From: Curvularia clavata | Taxonomy: Eukaryota | Length of the DNA stretch: 64,000 nucleotides | Assembly (NCBI GenBank): GCA_023920165.1 | Contig: CP089276.1 | Location: forward strand, 3,658,001 to 3,722,000 | Direction: 5' to 3' | Shown: positions 61,236 to 64,000 of the stretch, one piece after another | Layout: each line of letters starts with the position of its first letter | Position numbering within the stretch: the first letter of the stretch is position 1 | Notes under the pieces: generated by a model | The model's database searches: none | What the model saw: only the letters and a program-made list of their open reading frames with translations | Told to the model about the DNA's origin: nothing | Made by a program: the position numbers and the translations under genes

Positions 61236-62753
61236 ATGGCTTCTCCCCAGTCGCCCACGTCTCCAACGAGCAGCGCTGCATCACAAACTTCGCTCAACCA
61301 CGACACCAACCACTCGCTCACCCTCGAGCATCTTGTAACCCACTTTGTTGCCGCCAAGCGTTCACTAAATACCCAGACAGTCCTATGGCGCGCGACCGAC
61401 ATTGTCAGCACCGCGCGCGAGCTGCTCGAGGAGAATGCCGTCCTCGCTGCCAAGAACACGTCGATTCGTAATATAGTAGAGCAGCAGCTCGACGCTCTCG
61501 AAGCCGTGCGCCGTGGTATCGACGTGGTCGAGGCTGAAGTACAGACTGAGTTCAAGCAGATACTGCACCATGTCGACACATCCTTTGCCGGCCTCAACTC
61601 TACGCTTGCCGTTCTGCGCGACACGCCCATCGAAGCCGTTCTGCAACCCTATGGGACCCCTCAGAAGCATCTCTACGACTTCATTGACAGCGCCACCGTC
61701 TCCAACCTCGAGAGCACACTGCGCGCCTGCATAGACCGGTACAACGAAGCGCATGCCACGCTCGACGAGAGCTGCGATGCCTTTGATACCTCGCTCGACA
61801 ATCTCTACTCGTCCATCGACAATGTGCCCATGACGCCTGCGACGGCGTCGACCCCAAGCCCAATCCCTAGCCTGTACCACAACCTCGAAGGACACGCCAA
61901 GGAGGCTGCACAAGCATTCCAGTCCCTGGTCCAACACTACGACTTGTGCATCACAGCCTTGCGACACACCGAGGGCGGATCAGCCGCTGCGACACAAGCT
62001 ACGGGCGACGCGCCCGTGCACTCTGCTGACGATGGCACTGCGCCCCCGGAGCCCATGAGCGAGGAAGAGCGACGGGACATGCTCAACGTGCTGCAAAAGG
62101 ATGCCCATCAAGTCGACGATGTCGTGGCCGAGATACAGGAACGAGGCTCAGAAATGGCCTTCCTCCTCAGCCAGATCGAGAACCATATCAACCATCTCCG
62201 CAGCGAGGCCTCAGCGCTGTCGAGCATACTCCAAATGATTTCCCACGTCACCAACGACGTCAAACGTCACATTGCCACATCCCGCGCCTTCCACGTCTCA
62301 TGGCTGCAAGACACACGTCCCAACCTACTCAACGGCATCGACGAGTGGGAGAACCAGCGCGAGTTCTACGAGCGCTTCGACCTCGCCTATGCCGAGCTCC
62401 TGGTGGAAATCTCGTCGCGGCGCAGACGCCATGAGAAAGCAAAGCGCAAGGCTGAAGAGGCGCAAAAGGAGCTGGACAAGCTGCGCCTCGAGGACGAGCG
62501 CGCCAGAGAACAGTTCACCCTAGCCCAAGGCGACTTTCTGCCACTAGACATCTGGCCGGGGCTGAGAGATCCGCCGCGCCGGTACGAGGTCAGGGCTGTC
62601 CCTGTCGCCACGGACAAGCAGGATGACAACGTTCAGGGACTGGATGAGGGGGACGAGTGGGGTGACGGCGGGGGTGGCGGCATCCAGAGTATTCCCCAGT
62701 TAGGAAGAAATGTCGTGGAGCGAGCACTGATGAGGGTCAAGAGACGCATGTGA
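61236..62753 (+). CDS. ATG17: Autophagy scaffold Atg17
   Basis: FVAAKRSL, KHLYDFID, SLVQHYDLC..A..HTEGG, YAELLVEISSRR and GDFLPLDIWPGL; coiled-coil composition. Confidence 0.92.
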   Translation: MASPQSPTSPTSSAASQTSLNHDTNHSLTLEHLVTHFVAAKRSLNTQTVLWRATDIVSTARELLEENAVLAAKNTSIRNIVEQQLDALEAVRRGIDVVEAEVQTEFKQILHHVDTSFAGLNSTLAVLRDTPIEAVLQPYGTPQKHLYDFIDSATVSNLESTLRACIDRYNEAHATLDESCDAFDTSLDNLYSSIDNVPMTPATASTPSPIPSLYHNLEGHAKEAAQAFQSLVQHYDLCITALRHTEGGSAAATQATGDAPVHSADDGTAPPEPMSEEERRDMLNVLQKDAHQVDDVVAEIQERGSEMAFLLSQIENHINHLRSEASALSSILQMISHVTNDVKRHIATSRAFHVSWLQDTRPNLLNGIDEWENQREFYERFDLAYAELLVEISSRRRRHEKAKRKAEEAQKELDKLRLEDERAREQFTLAQGDFLPLDIWPGLRDPPRRYEVRAVPVATDKQDDNVQGLDEGDEWGDGGGGGIQSIPQLGRNVVERALMRVKRRM

Positions 62754-62965
62754 GATGTGGGATTTGATCATATTGCAACTCCGAGTACAAGTATGCGGAT
62801 GCTCGTAAGTGGTATTGTGAAGGAGAACTAAGAAGACAAGAAGACGCTAGTTATGCTCATACGGGAAAAGATGTGTTTCGTGAATTTTGACTCGCTCATA
62901 ATACCAGACAAAAGACCGCTTTTGAAGACGATGGCACTGGAAAACCCGCTTCGTCATATGCCCAA

Positions 62966-64000
62966 CTAAGTGGCAGCCTGCTCGGGCTTTCGGCCGTAGA
63001 TGAAGTAGAACCGAATGTAGACATGAACGTCTCTTCGCCTGATGTCGGCGACAACACGGGCCGTCATGACGCGGCACTCTGCCTCGCTCCAGCCCAGGAC
63101 TTTGCCCATGAGGCCGAGGGTGTAGGGCTCGATGCCCATGGACATGTGCTCGCGCTGGTAGCGTCCGATTTCCTTCATGCGGGCGTCCTTGGGCCAGGGG
63201 CCGAGAGGAACCTATCAGGCATATTAGCCAAATGTACATATCTACTATGATGGGAGTTGGATTGCAAAAAGAAAAAGAAAAAAAAGGATGACATACCTTG
63301 ACCACCTTCTCATTCACATCCACAAACCCCGCATCTATCATCTTTTGCTTAAGCGTATTTCCCGCACGGATGTCCCTCCCCCACTTCCCCGCTGCCTCAT
63401 GGCACAAGTCCTGCCAATGCTTGAGATCCTTTGCTAGTTCCATGGTGCCATCGTCGCACTCGCACAGCGCCAGCGGCTCCTGGAACTCGACCCATCCGCC
63501 CGGCTTCGTATGCGTATACGTCTGGCGCACCAATCTGTCCCAGTCGGAAATACTACCAGACATGGTGCGACAGTGGATATAATCAAACGCCTCGGCGGGA
63601 CTATACACCCATTCGGACTCGGCATCGTCAATGTAGAATTTGACATTCGGGGGAACCCATGTGGGCTGGATGGGACTCAGATCGGTGCCAATGACTTCGG
63701 CGCCAGGGTGCTCGTCGGCAAAGTCAATGGCCCAGATACCGGTTCCGGTGCCAATGTCGAGGACGCGCTGTGGGGAAGCCGGGATGGGTGCGTCGTACAG
63801 TTTTCCCTCGAGGATGAGCAGGAAGATGTGGTGTAGCAGGTCCAGCCGGTCTTGCTCTTGCTCGTCGTTGGGCAGGATGTAGGCGCCGGAGCGGTAGCCG
63901 TGGTAGCGGCGGCCGTTGGAGTATTCATAGTTGAGGATGGTCGAGGCGAGCGACGTCGAGGCGGCGGATTGGGACTCAAAGGCAGAGTCCGAGTCGCTGT
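62966..64000 (-). CDS. Class I SAM-dependent methyltransferase (LaeA-like/Methyltransf_23 family), 5' end outside the window; intron 63212-63296
   Basis: NGRRYH..LPNDEQEQDRLDL, VLDIGTGTGIWAIDFAD, GTDLSPIQP, KPGGWVEFQE, VPLGPWPKD and YGRKP. Confidence 0.92.

Overview
This is eukaryotic DNA from a filamentous ascomycete. The evidence is short GT-AG introns (mostly ~46-60 nt) with CTRAC/CTAAC branch sites, and the gene set and style suggest a Dothideomycete, possibly Pleosporales (inference). I could build about 20 protein-coding genes plus one intron-containing tRNA-Val(AAC). They are a DAACS glutamate/aspartate-type symporter, a HIRIP3-like acidic/basic nuclear protein, TPS1, a secreted 18-Cys protein, an M14 carboxypeptidase, an MFS transporter, two uncharacterised proteins, a She10-like protein, Doa10/MARCH6 E3 ligase, MCC alpha, TRS20, MRPL31, an Aro80-like Zn2Cys6 factor, DUF952, IPK1, Met30/SconB, Atg17 and a truncated SAM methyltransferase. 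The standout locus is a 5-exon gene at 41246-44972. It encodes a Q/P/H-rich protein with two diverged copies of an uncharacterised basic domain. It sits between ~9.5 kb and ~4.6 kb of gene-free DNA, and shows sequence signs of alternative first exons and a microexon that could switch between one-domain and two-domain isoforms. I recognised no transposon, CRISPR array or rRNA. All calls are by eye, with no database search.
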